Assembly: GCF_009914755.1 (NCBI RefSeq)
Contig: NC_060946.1
Length of the DNA stretch: 64,000 bases
Strand: one strand, 5' to 3'
From: the human T2T-CHM13v2.0 reference genome, Homo sapiens
Shown: positions 49,626 through 64,000 of the stretch, in pieces
Layout: each line of letters starts with the position of its first letter
How positions within the stretch are numbered: position 1 is the first letter of the stretch
Notes under the pieces: generated by a model
The model's database searches: none
Told to the model about the DNA's origin: nothing
Seen by the model: the letters and a program-made list of their open reading frames with translations, nothing else
Position numbers and translations under genes: made by a program

Positions 49626-50832
49626 ATACAGTCTTCACAGTTATGCAGCCATTTAAAATGCCAGGCACTGAGAACAGAGGGCAGGGGTGGGAGGAAGAGA
49701 GAGGCTCCAGCCCAGGGCTGTGGCCAGGATGCCTCCGGCCTCTGGGTTCCCCACTTCCTCTGCGCTCTCAGACAGGCCTCCCTCTGGGGTACACAGTCCT
49801 CAGGATGCAGGATGGCGGCTCGGCAAGATCTCAGCTCCAGGAAATTTGCATTTCAAAAGGGAACTCTGCTCCAGATCAAATAATTAAAGACTGCAACCTG
49901 AACAGCTGGGAGCTCAGTGCTGGAGCCTTTAAAGCTAAGCCAACCATCAACAAATACGGTGGCCAACAGCTTGGTCGACTCTTTCGGATATGTCTCCACC
50001 CCCTCTCTTCCACTAGAGGGCACACTTTTGGGGTGGAAGCACGGAGACTCTGCCCATCCCTGGAATTCCCTCCTGGGTGGGACAGCTGTGCACATTTGAC
50101 AACGGGATGGACCCATAAGTGAAACCCCCAAGGTGCCTATGGCCTGTCACCTCCTGCCCCACTCTTGGAGGCTGCAGGGCTGCGGGTACTGGCCAGCTCC
50201 CGGCCAGCAGGACCACGCCTTCCAGGTGTCCACCTCTGGACATGCCCCACTGCTCCTGGCCGGCCACCTTTTGCCCTCCCCAAAGCTTCCCTCGCCCCAA
50301 ACCATCTCCAAGGTCAACTCCAGGAAAACCTAGCCCATCTAAGTTTAATGTGCTACTCTTTTTCTTCATTTCTCATTTTACAGGCTAAATCATTCTACTT
50401 TATACGTTTTATTTTCTGATTAGTCACACAGAGCTCATTAAATGGAAGACAGAGCTTTTCATAAAATATGTAGAGGAATCTTGGATTCTTAATTTCAAAA
50501 TTAAAAAAATAATAATCCCGGCAATGAAATGCACTGTCTGTTCATAAAACTCGCCAAGTGTCCAAGGATGAAAGGTTTGAAACAGAGGGGACCCAGAGGA
50601 CAAGTCTCTCTGGAACTGACAGCGGCCGTCTTGCTGAGCCCTTGGGCCGTCCTGGGGCTGGGGCGTGGCCGGCTTGTGGACCTTGCTCCAGATAAGGGAA
50701 CTTGAAGGTTCCAGGTACAAGTCAGGCCCTGCTAGCTCCATTAAGATACTTCCAGGGACATCGGTCATGAGCACAGTTCACAACACCCTGGTTAAACCAA
50801 CATCAAGCTTCAGACCAAAGTGCAGGCGAAGC

Positions 50833-51010
50833 CGGTGGTTCTCAAAATTCCCTGCGCTGGAGAATCAACAGGAAGTCTCATAAAACACCGAGCCGGGGGC
50901 CCTGACCCCAGAACCTCCCGTTCCCTGAGCCTGCGGGGGCCTGGAACTCTGCATCTGCAAGGGGCCTCCAGGCCGTGACCATGAGGGTGGCCCGTCTGTG
51001 GCCTGGATTT
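50833..51010. mobile_element. MER5A-like hAT-Charlie element
   Basis: GTGGTTCTCAAA...GAATCA...GGGCCTGGAACTCTGCAT...CTCCAGG. Confidence 0.6.
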
Positions 51011-51709
51011 TTGGAAAAGATGGGGTGGGGAATGTAAATGATTAATACAATTTTTTGATGTTGTGAAAATATCTAGAAATCGCAAATAATCAAGCAGATA
51101 ACAGCCAGGAAGGGACAGCAGCCCAGGGCCTGGGTCCCAGTCGGGCCATGGCATCGTCTTCCTGGCCTCCTTTGGGGCGTGGCGTGGCTCCACCATGGAC
51201 CACAGGTCAGAAGAGAGCCCGGGGCCATGTGGGACGTCCCAAGGTGCTAACTGTGCCTTGGTTAAGAGACAGGATTTCCTGATTTTTGGAAATTTTTATC
51301 TTCACACTGGGAAGAATTTAAGGGTGGTTCACTCTTGGATCAGGAAACAGTGTGTGTGTACACGAGAGAGAGGGACAGAGAGAGGGGGGACATGTGGAGT
51401 GCACTGGAACCACCATAACCCCCATGAAGGTGGCACCGGAGTTATTGGCATTATTTGTGCAACTCTTCTTCATGCTTGACGTCGTTTCAAAATAAAGAGT
51501 GAGCTGAGCAGATCAACTCGGCAGGGCACATTTTGTGCTGGGAAGATATGGGACGTGGGGTGGCCATACAGCTTAGCTCCCAGGTCCCTCCCAATACAGG
51601 GCTGATGGTCCCCTTGACCCCCTGAACTCTCCCCAAACTTCCCCCTGGGTGGTCTGCAGGAGGACCCTCCTCAGCGGACATCTGCAGCCCCCTCCTGCCC
51701 TCTGCAGCC

Positions 51710-52070
51710 TGCTATGGACTGAATTATGTGGCCCAAATTCATAGGTTGAAGCCCTAGCCCCCAGTGTGACCGTATTTGGAGATGGGGCCTGTGAGGAGGT
51801 GATTAGGGTTAAATGAGGTTGTAGGAGGGAGGGCCTGATCCCACAGGACTGGTGGCCTCATGAGAAGAGGCCACAGAGGGCTCCGTCTCTGCTGTGTGAA
51901 GACACCGTGAGAAGGTGGCCACATGCCCTCCAGGAAGAGGCCTCCCCAGGCACCAGCCCTGCCGACACCTTACTCTCGGACTCCCAGCCTCCAGGGCTGT
52001 GCAGACTCAGGGCCGTTGTGTCAGCCGTGCGGGCTGTGGGTTCCGTTAAGGCTGAGTGTGGCCGAGCTAA
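51710..52070 (+). mobile_element. MaLR LTR (MLT1A-like)
   Basis: TGCTATGGACTGAAT...GTATTTGGAGATGGGGCC...CCAGCCTCCAG. Confidence 0.85.
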
Positions 52071-52310
52071 TGGCGACGGTGCCCATGACCCCCCGCCCCC
52101 GGGATTTAGTCCTGGGTTCCTTTCCCTTCTCACTCTGCTCCCCAACTTCTCACCCTGGAGCATGGACAGCAGGAGCATGAAGGGCCTTTGGGGGCTGCGG
52201 TGGTTTGAAGGAGTCCCCGCAAAAGCCTGAGTTGGAAACCCGACCCCCAATGTGGCAGTGCTGTGAGGTGGGGCTTTCGTGACCTAATACATTTCTGTTT
52301 ATTAAAAATT

Positions 52311-52612
52311 GGCTGGGCGCGGTGGCTCACACCTGGAATCCCAGCACTTTGGGAGGCCGAGGCGGGTGGATCACCTGAAGTCAGGAGTTGGAGACCAGCC
52401 TGGCCAACATGGTGAAACCCCGTCTCTACTAAAAATACAAAAATTAGCCCGGCGTGGTGGTGGGCACCTGTAATCTCAGCTGCTCGGGAGGCTGAGGCAG
52501 AAGAATCGCTTGAACCCGGGAGGCGGAGGTTGCGCCACTGCACTCCAGCCTCAGCAACAGAGCAAGACTCTGCCTCAAAAAAATGAATAAAATAAAAATA
52601 AATAAATAAATA
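52311..52612 (+). mobile_element. AluSx-like with a short right-arm deletion, inserted in a MaLR LTR tail
   Basis: GGTTGCGCCACTG lacks AGTGAGCCGAGATC; TSD TAAAAATT; flanks ATACATTTCTGTTT / ACCCGGTCTGTGATATTTT. Confidence 0.93.
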
Positions 52613-54449
52613 AAAATTACCCGGTCTGTGATATTTTATTGTAGCAGTACAGACAGACAGGCCAAGGATCCCCTGAAAGTGTAAACAAAATGGGGGTGTC
52701 ATGGGGTGGGGCTGACAGCGTTTGCTACATTCTTCAGGCCCCTTCACCACACACCCGAGGGCCAACCTCTCTCCTTCTCGGGGATGTCACTCTCCTGCTG
52801 CAAACATCACAGACCCAAGGGAGCCTCAACTCAGTTCCAGGGAATCCCAAACAGCTCCCCGCTTACCCCACACCTGCCCTGCCATCTGCGACCCCATGTC
52901 CCAGGCTGGGTGCTGGAGCCACCGTGAGCCTTTTTGGAGCTTATCAGCACCCAGCGTGTGCCCTCCCTGAGATGTTCCCGAGAGATGGGGCTCAGCCCAG
53001 CCTTCTTTCCTCTCTGCTGTCTGCTGAGGGATCCCTGTGTCTGGGTCACCATGTGACGTCCACTCAGCGCCTGTCCTATCCTCACAGAGCCACCCTCTGG
53101 GGGGACACAGTTATAGTGAGGGCTGGTCTGCAGGGAGGGCAGGGCCGCCTAGCAGATGAGGGAGGGAGGCCTCTGGAAGGAAGTCTCTCCCAGGCAAAGG
53201 CTCAAAAACAGCAGCCCACTGGCAAGGAGGGGACAGTGAGCCAGGCAGGGGATGGGGGTGCAGGAGCCGCCACTTGTGAGCCAGGCTGAGGCCCCAGGGG
53301 TCTGGCTGGTTGAGAGCAAGGTCCCAGGAGGGAGGAGGGGCTCACTGACCACAGGTCCTAAGCCCTGTCCCTGAAGCAGCACCTGCTCCTGCCTCACTAC
53401 GGACAAGGGATTTGAGTTTCCTCCAGACTCACAGCCTTGGGGCTGGCAAGGTCCTTTCCACCTGTGGCTTTTCTGGCTGGTCACTCAGCAAGGCTTACAT
53501 GCAAGGGCAGGTGGCCTGGGTAGTCATGGGGTTTCAGTTGTTCTGGGCACCACTGAGTGAGACCAGGGACCCTGTGGGTTTCCCGCTCCCAGGCTCCCCA
53601 GCCCTGGCCCCTCTGGGCAGCCCTCTGTGGGGTCCACCCTGTGGTGGGATGTCCCTGAATGTGCCCCATCTCCCTTTATCTGAAACTCCTGGAGGGCAGG
53701 GCTGAGCCTGCATCCTCTGGGCCCAGGTTCCCAGGTCCGGCTTGGGGTTCTGCATGTGCCGGAGATTCAGAGAGGCATATATTTATTTGACATGCTGATT
53801 TCAACTCCTTCGGATACACACTAAAAGTAAGATTGCTGGATCATACCGTAGTTCTATTTTTAGGTTTTTGAGGAAGCTCCATACAGTCGTCCATAAGAGC
53901 TGTGCTAATTTACATTCCCACCAACTGTGTAGTTATTACAGTTTAGTACAGGGCCCCCTCTACTGCATGGCCTCGCCAACACTCAGCGTCCTTCATCCTT
54001 TTGATAATAGTGTCATTCTGACAGGTGTGAGTGGATATCTCATTGTGATTTTAAGTTACTTTTCCTAAATGATTAGTGATATTGAGCATGTTTTCATATA
54101 TGTGTTGGCCATTGGTATGTTGGCTTTTAAGAAATGTCTATTGGATCCCAAGCCAGTTTTTAAAATTGGTTCATTTATTTTCTTGCTATTGAGTTGTTTG
54201 AGTCCCTTATACATTTTGGGTATTAACCCCGTATTTAGATGTACAGCTTGCAAATATTTTCTCCCTATCCACAGGTTGTCTTTTGACTGTTAATTGTTTC
54301 TGTGGCTGTGCAGAAGCCTTATAGTTTGATATAATCCCATTTGTCTATTTTTGTTGTTGTTATGTTTTGTTTTGGCAGCATTATTTACAATAGACAAGTT
54401 ATGGAGTCAACCTAAGAGTTTCTCAATGAATGAATGGATTAAGAAACGT

Positions 54450-54720
54450 TTTATATATATATATACACACACACACACATATATATACACATAAAGATTA
54501 TTTATATATACACACATATATACACACATACACACATATATATTATATATACACATATATATTATATACATATATTATATATACACATATATATTATATA
54601 TACATATATTATATATACATATATATTATATATACATATATATACACATATACACACATATATTTTATATAACACATATATAATATATACACACATATAT
54701 ATTATATATACACACATATT

Positions 54721-54751
<31 letters not shown>

Positions 54752-55205
54752 CACATATATACACACATATATAATATATACACACATATATACACACATA
54801 TAATATATAGACACACACACATATATACACATAAAGATTATATATACACACATATATACACACACATATATATATTATATATACACATATATACATATAT
54901 ATACACATATATATTATATATACATATATTATATATACACATATATATTATATATACATATATTATATATACACATATATTATATATACATATATATACA
55001 CATATACACACATATTTTATATAACACATATATAATATATACACACATATATATACACACATATTTTATATATACACACATATTTATATATACACACATA
55101 CACACATATATAATATATACACACATATTATATATACACACATATAATATATAGACACACATATATAGACACACACACATATATTTTATATATATACACA
55201 CACAG
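54450..55205. repeat. About 750-bp (TA)/(CA) compound low-complexity repeat
   Basis: Directly visible. Confidence 0.97.
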
Positions 55206-55236
55206 ACACATAAAATAGAATACTATTAAGCCTTAA

Positions 55237-55645
<409 letters not shown>

Positions 55646-55832
55646 ACATTTTCTCACTTATAAGTGGAATCTAAAACAATCCATTCCACTTAAAAGTGGA
55701 ATCAAAAAGTGGCCTTTATAGGCCACTTTACAAAATAAAATAGGCAATAATCACATACGTATTTTTGCAAGCATAAACACTCAGTAAACTAAGGACAGAC
55801 ACATGGCCATAACAGTTATAAGAAGATGAGCT

Positions 55833-56295
<463 letters not shown>

Positions 56296-56916
56296 ACTGG
56301 TGGAAAAGGGAAATGTATAAACACATACCACAATGGCTGGTAATTGTTAGCACCCAGCTCACTAACTGCAGTCATCTGAGATACTGCAAGGAACAACCTA
56401 AGTATTTTGAGAAGTTCTGTCAAAAACCGTGACGGGTCACCATGATGGTGACCAAAGAGCCGAGATCCCAAGAAATTTCATTTTTCATACATGCGGATGT
56501 ACAAAAAAGACATCTCTCCATTTACTGAGGAAGTTTCAAAGTTTGTACGTACGTGGGCAATACTTATAGAAAATGTCAATATTATGATAATGTGCTTTTG
56601 TAGAGTCAAATTTGCAAAAAAAAAAAAGGCATAAAATAATTAGAACTGTAAAGTCTCAGCACAATTTACACCTCCAGTATTGGAAATGATGCGGAAATGA
56701 TAAAATTCATAGCACAGGAAATTGTAAGAAAAAAAATCTGACCACTTAAAATAGTAAAAACAAACTAAATAAGTTAAAATAAAACTAAAAACAAAATTTG
56801 ACGTATGAAACGTATATTACAGGGATGGATTACAGGCAATTGCACGAAGGTGTCCATAAGAGCTGGCCCTTGTTCACGACCATTAACTATATTTTGGAGT
56901 CTTGCATGATAAATGA

Positions 56917-57278
<362 letters not shown>

Positions 57279-57469
57279 TACGTTAATTTTCTATATGGTA
57301 TTGCTGCTCCTCTTTTGAAATTGTTCTGTGACCTGATAAACAGTGACTTGAGTGTTCCCTATTAAATTTTCCCAACTTTCGTTTAGAGATTTTGATCTTT
57401 TGGGATTTCAACATTCAAGATTATGGAGTTTGGGATTGCATCTTTTGGGAATTATGATCCAAACCTGTT

Positions 57470-59403
<1,934 letters not shown>

Positions 59404-59499
59404 TGGATGAATTCTTTTGTCATCACTTCATGCATTTCTTTTGCATCTGTTTCTAGGAGTTCGATTGCCGGGCTGCGTGCTCTGCACAAAGCTTTGGTG

Positions 59500-59805
59500 G
59501 ACAGGACGTTTCCTAGGGCTGCAGTAATGAATCACCCGACGGATTAAAACAACAGAAATCGATTCTCTCTGTTTTGGAAGGCAGATGTCCTGAATCAAGT
59601 TGTCAGCAGGGCCAAGCACCCTCTGAAGCCTCCAGGGTGGGAACACTCCTTGCCTCTTCCAACTTCTCGCGGCCCCCAGCATTCCTTGGCTGGTGGGAGC
59701 ATCGCTTCGCCTCTGCCTCTGGTCATCTCCCCTCTATGTGTTCTGTGTCTTTACACAGTGCCTTCCATGTGTGTCTGCATCTGTGTCTCCCAGTGTCCCC
59801 TCCCA
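59500..59805 (-). mobile_element. MLT1 LTR fragment
   Basis: TTTCCTAGGGCTGCAGTAA...TTAAAACAACAGAAAT...CAGCATTCCTTGGCT. Confidence 0.8.
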
Positions 59806-60846
59806 ATCTTAAAATGCTGCTGTCGTACTCGCTTTGAGCCTGCAGTGATCCTGTACACACCCAGTGCCCGTGTAAATAGAATCATTTAACATTTTCATTA
59901 TTTCTCATTTTTTTGCTGGTAGGTAGTAATAGAATTATTCACATTGAACATAGATTTACTTAATAGTTCCTCTAGTTTATCTACAGATTCTTTTTCATAT
60001 TCCACATATATAATAATGTTTATAGTGAAAAAATAAAATGTTACTTATCCTTTCTAATCGCATATGTAAAATACACATTTATACTCACACACAGGGGGTA
60101 CAGCTGCCCTGGCTGGGGAGCTCCAGGGCAACATTGAACAGAATGCAGAGAGGGGGTGTCCTTGTCTCTTTGAAGATACATATTGATGTATTTCTCTTCA
60201 AATTTATTGTCTTTCCTCTAGTTTTTTATTTGTCCATTCTGATTTTTTTTCTTTTTTTCCCATTTTTGGCTTCTTTTTGATTAATTAATAATTGTATTTC
60301 CTATTTCTCTCCTATCAGTCTCAATTTTACATCTTTAAGTATTCTTTTAGTTACCCCAGAGATTAAAAATTACCTTTGCTACATTTCGTGTCTACATTTA
60401 TTTCTTTTACCATTTCCAAGTTAGTGCAAGGATTTTAAAACACTTCTTCGATATTTACTCTCTTCCTTCACCCTTTCTGATAGTCTTGTTAAATTTACCA
60501 AAAATTTAACCCAGCTACACATTATTACTATTATTTTGAAAAAAAATGACGTTTATTTAGATAGACTCATATATTCTCACTTCCCTGTGCAGTGTTCCTC
60601 CCATATCACCGTGCGTCTAGCAATACCTGGATGGCTTCTTACAGGATGCCTCTGCTTGCAGTGAATCCATCTTCTCAGTTTTTATCAAAAATTTTTTTTC
60701 GCTTTTATTACAGATATTTTACTATGGAGTTCCAAGTTGGCAATTTTCTCTCAGCATTCTAAAGACACCGTTCTACTGTCTTCCATCTTTTTATCGTTTT
60801 TTGTTTCCTTTTAAAGTAAGCTGTGTTTCCCTGTTGATTCCTTATA

Positions 60847-61098
60847 GTGTGTGTGCGTGTGTGTGCGCGTGTGCGTGCGTGTGTGTCCGTGTGCGTGTGT
60901 GCGTGGGCGTGAGTGTGCGCGTGTATGTGCGTGTGTGCGCGTGTGTCCTTGTGTGCGTGTGCGCGTGCGTGGGTGCGTGCCTGCGTGTGCGCGTGCGTGT
61001 GCGTGTGTGCGTGTGCGTGCGTGTGTGTGCGTGCATGTCTGGGCGTGTATGTGCGTGTGTGCGTGTGTGTGTGCGTGCGTGTGCGTGTGCGCATGCAC
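60847..61098. repeat. (TG)/(CG) alternating repeat
   Basis: GTGTGCGTGTGCGCGTG units over about 250 bp. Confidence 0.97.
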
Positions 61099-62144
61099 TT
61101 TTTACATTTCTAGCTGCTCTTAGAATTTTTTGCTTTGTCTTCTCAGTCCTTGGGGGAGCTTTTCACATTTGCTTTGCTTGGAATCTGCAGACATGTTTGA
61201 ATCTATAACTTGATTCCAAAGTTTCCACACTTCTAAAAAAATGAACTGGCCTTTCTTTTTTTCCAAGACTGCTTCTGTGCCCGTTATTCTCTGCCCTTGT
61301 ATGGGTGCAATTACACATTCACCGTCACCCCACGTATCTCCCCCATTCTTTCCTGCCTTTCTATCCTTTTACCTGCCGTGTGTTCATCTAGACAGGCTCT
61401 ACTGCCTTCTCTCCCATTTCAATGTTCTCTCTTCTGCTCTACGTCATCTGCTGCTAAGCCCATAGAGTGAATATTTAATTTTAATTATTTCACTTTAAAA
61501 TTTTGCAGTTTCCGTTTGACAATTTTGGTTCATTTCCAGTTCTCTCAGAAAGTTTTCATTTTTCAGCTATTTTCTGGTCTGTATTATTAGTAGTTATTTT
61601 AACTAAGATATTGAAAGACTCCAAACTCTGAATCACTCCTAAGTCAGTTTTTGTTTTGCTCGTAGTTTCTGCTCATTTGGTCCTGTCTCCGAGAATGCCT
61701 GGTAATTATTTTATTGACAGTTGAACATGTTGCATGAGAGACTTCAGAGGCTTCCTTGAGGACCCTCTTCCTGGGAAAGGATGGAATCCACGCCCACCCA
61801 GCACGGGAGTCAGATAGGAGCAGATACCTTGGAGGCAACTGCAGGACTGACCCATTTCTTCCCTATGCCCAGTCTTGGGGCTCAGCCTCACCAGAGCTCT
61901 GCTAGCGGCCTGGTTTGTTTGCGGGGGCCCCCCTCTGTAAGGTGCAGGAACTCTAGTCTTCTTTTCCTTAGCCTTGCAGGGCAGCTGACACCGCCACTCA
62001 ACTTTCCAGCCTCCTTCACTGTTGACTCCGTTTGCTTTCTTAGCCTTGAATCCAGGTGCATCTAAGTTCGAGATCAGGACCCTTGAGGGGATGCTGTGTG
62101 TGGAATGCCAGGCCTACTTCCTCCAGTTCTTACTTCGCTGGGAT

Positions 62145-62325
62145 TTTTATTTTATTTATGTTTATTTATTTTCAACTTTTATTTTAGATTCAGGGGCTAC
62201 ATGTGCAGGTTTATTATCTGGGTATACTGTGTGATGCTGAGGTTAGGGATGAATGATCCTGTCACACACTTACTGAGCACAGTATGCAACAGTTCGCTTT
62301 TCAACCCCTGCCCCTTCCTCCTTCT
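62145..62325 (-). mobile_element. L1PA/PB-type 3'-end fragment
   Basis: CAACTTTTATTTTAGATTCAGGGGCTACATGTGCAGGTTT. Confidence 0.8.
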
Positions 62326-62779
62326 ACCAAAAAGCAACATGCATCTGCATGAACACTGCAGCAGTATTCCTGGCATTTTTAAAACCCCAACCCTGGCATC
62401 CTGAGAGCCCTGAGTTCCAACTTTCTCGTCCCAGCCCAGGGAGACTCTGGCAAGGCCTTGGGCTGCACTCTCTCATCTTCCTGCCCTTGTGGGTGGGACA
62501 GAAGCTGCCCCAAGGAGAAAAAGCAGTGGCCAGTGTCGGGGAGGGGCTGCCTCCCAAGCTGTGCCCATTTCTGGGAAGGTTCTGGATTGGCTCTGGGGAG
62601 GTTCTGGGCAGGCTCTTAACTTCTCAGATCCTGGCTGCCTGGGCTGCTCTCTGATGTCTTCAAGCTGTGTTTTGTTTTTTTTTCTTTTTGAAATTTCATC
62701 AAGCTATCACAGTTGTTCTTGGCAGGACGGTGAGTCTGACATAAGCTGCCTCAACATAGACAGATGTGTGAGCTCAGGT

Positions 62780-62895
62780 TTCTGAATTGTGTGTCTCTTG
62801 TTCATGGTATCCCCAGCTCCTAGAACAGTGCCTGCAAATAGCAGGAACTCTGCAAATATTTCTTTAGGAACGGGTCTGTGGGTGGATGAATTTGA
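62780..62895 (+). mobile_element. L2 3' end
   Basis: TTGTTCATGGTATCCCCAGCTCCTAGAACAGTGCCTG...AAATATTT...TGGATGAAT. Confidence 0.7.
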
Positions 62896-63904
62896 GGCCA
62901 TGATACCACGACCAGGCCAGGAGTTGAAACGCCGAACACAGGAGGCCTGCTTTGTGAGCAGAAGCTGATTTTTTTTCCTCCCACCTGTGGGATGTGAGCG
63001 ACCATGACACAACAGGTGGAGACGCCAAGCAAGTAATTAAAAACTTTTCTCAGGAGCTCGGGAGAGAGCTCTGAGCTGTCCTTAGTTGAGTGGGGGTTGG
63101 AAAAGCCTATGCCAGAAATATGCCACATCCCCCTAATTGCGTGGAATCCAGAGCCCCTCCGTCCCGGTGCACCTGGACAATGGAGTGTGAACGTCCATCT
63201 GCCTTCTCTTCATGCCTGGAGAGGGCCATGCCAGAGACACAGGGTGGGTGTTGCGTGGGAGTGACTCAAGCTGATTCATCCTGCTGGGGAGGGAGCTGGA
63301 GTGGAGCCTCCCATGAGATCTGGACCCTGAAACTAAGGCCATGTGAATTCACTCACTGCAATGAGGGCTGTGAGCAGGGCTATTGCCTTGTTCATTTGTT
63401 GCAAAGACTCCCCCAGAAACTTACTCTCATGGAAACATACTTGGATAGAGAAATGCATTCCTCAGAATGATGCAACCGCACCTGAGAACAAAGCCTCAAC
63501 AGGGGACAAGCCTGCGGCAGACAGGGTGAAGCTCTCCCATTCCACGGGGGCCTTCTCGTTTCTTGGTTGTTACTGTCAGGAACCACCTGGGTCTCTGAAT
63601 GGTGCCTCCCAGCCCAGCGGCCTCAGAATCACCTGGGCTCTTACAAATAAATACAAACACCTGGTCTGCATTCCAGGCGCAGGGGATCAGGGCCTTGGAG
63701 TTGGAGCAGGGACGGGAGTGGACTGAGCGTCTATGGGATGAGAGCTTTGGAGGAGACAGGGGTGCTCAGGTCAATCGGCTGATGGAGTTTGCATGCCTTG
63801 GGAATTGCACGTTACATCAAGGTATCTTATTTATTTTATCTATTTTTATTATCTATTTTATTTATTTACCTGTTTATTTTAATGGTTGCTCCCTCCCTCC
63901 CTTC

Positions 63905-64000
63905 CTTGGAGTCTCACTCTGTCACCCAGGCTAGAGTGCAGTGGCACGATCTCGGCTGACAGCAAACTCCTCCTCCCAGGTTCAAGCGATTCTCCTGCTT
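63905..64000 (-). mobile_element. Alu, cut by window end
   Basis: GGAGTCTCACTCTGTCACCCAGGCTAGAGTGCAGTGG. Confidence 0.9.

Noticed and set aside
49385-50122. 245-aa ORF with a hydrophobic N-terminal segment
   Set aside because: The hydrophobic part is antisense L1 ORF2 sequence.
52130-52765. Alu-derived ORFs (also 30380-30940 and 55901-56230)
   Set aside because: Typical antisense Alu translations.

Overview
Human (primate) subtelomeric-type genomic DNA. I recognise it from memory as 22q13.32: the distal part of the last intron and the terminal exon of TAFA5 (FAM19A5), then about 46 kb of downstream sequence containing the MIR4535 hairpin (47083-47141). The TAFA5 acceptor AG is at 15702-15703, followed by coding GTC TCC TGA (Val-Ser-stop) and a ~2.1 kb 3'UTR ending after AATAAA at 17774. 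No other credible protein-coding sequence is present; the supplied ORFs are GC-rich chance ORFs or translations of repeats. About 1-28 kb is GC/CpG-rich and dense in minisatellites, about 28-44 kb is an AT-rich block of old L1, and about 44-64 kb is mixed. Interspersed repeats include about 14 Alus, MLT1-class LTRs, MIR/L2, MER47A, MER5A, LTR33 and a Ricksha (MULE) element. I found no evidence for a new multi-gene system. The most notable structures are a minisatellite born from L1 sequence, a 1.26 kb polypurine array downstream of the TAFA5 poly(A) site, a PATRR-like AT palindrome near the centre of two convergent and symmetrically truncated L1s, a twin-primed inverted L1, a triple-palindrome junction between inverted Alus, miRNA seed sites and a second poly(A) signal in the TAFA5 UTR, and a candidate alternative terminal exon. 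Repeat subfamily calls and boundaries are by eye and approximate.
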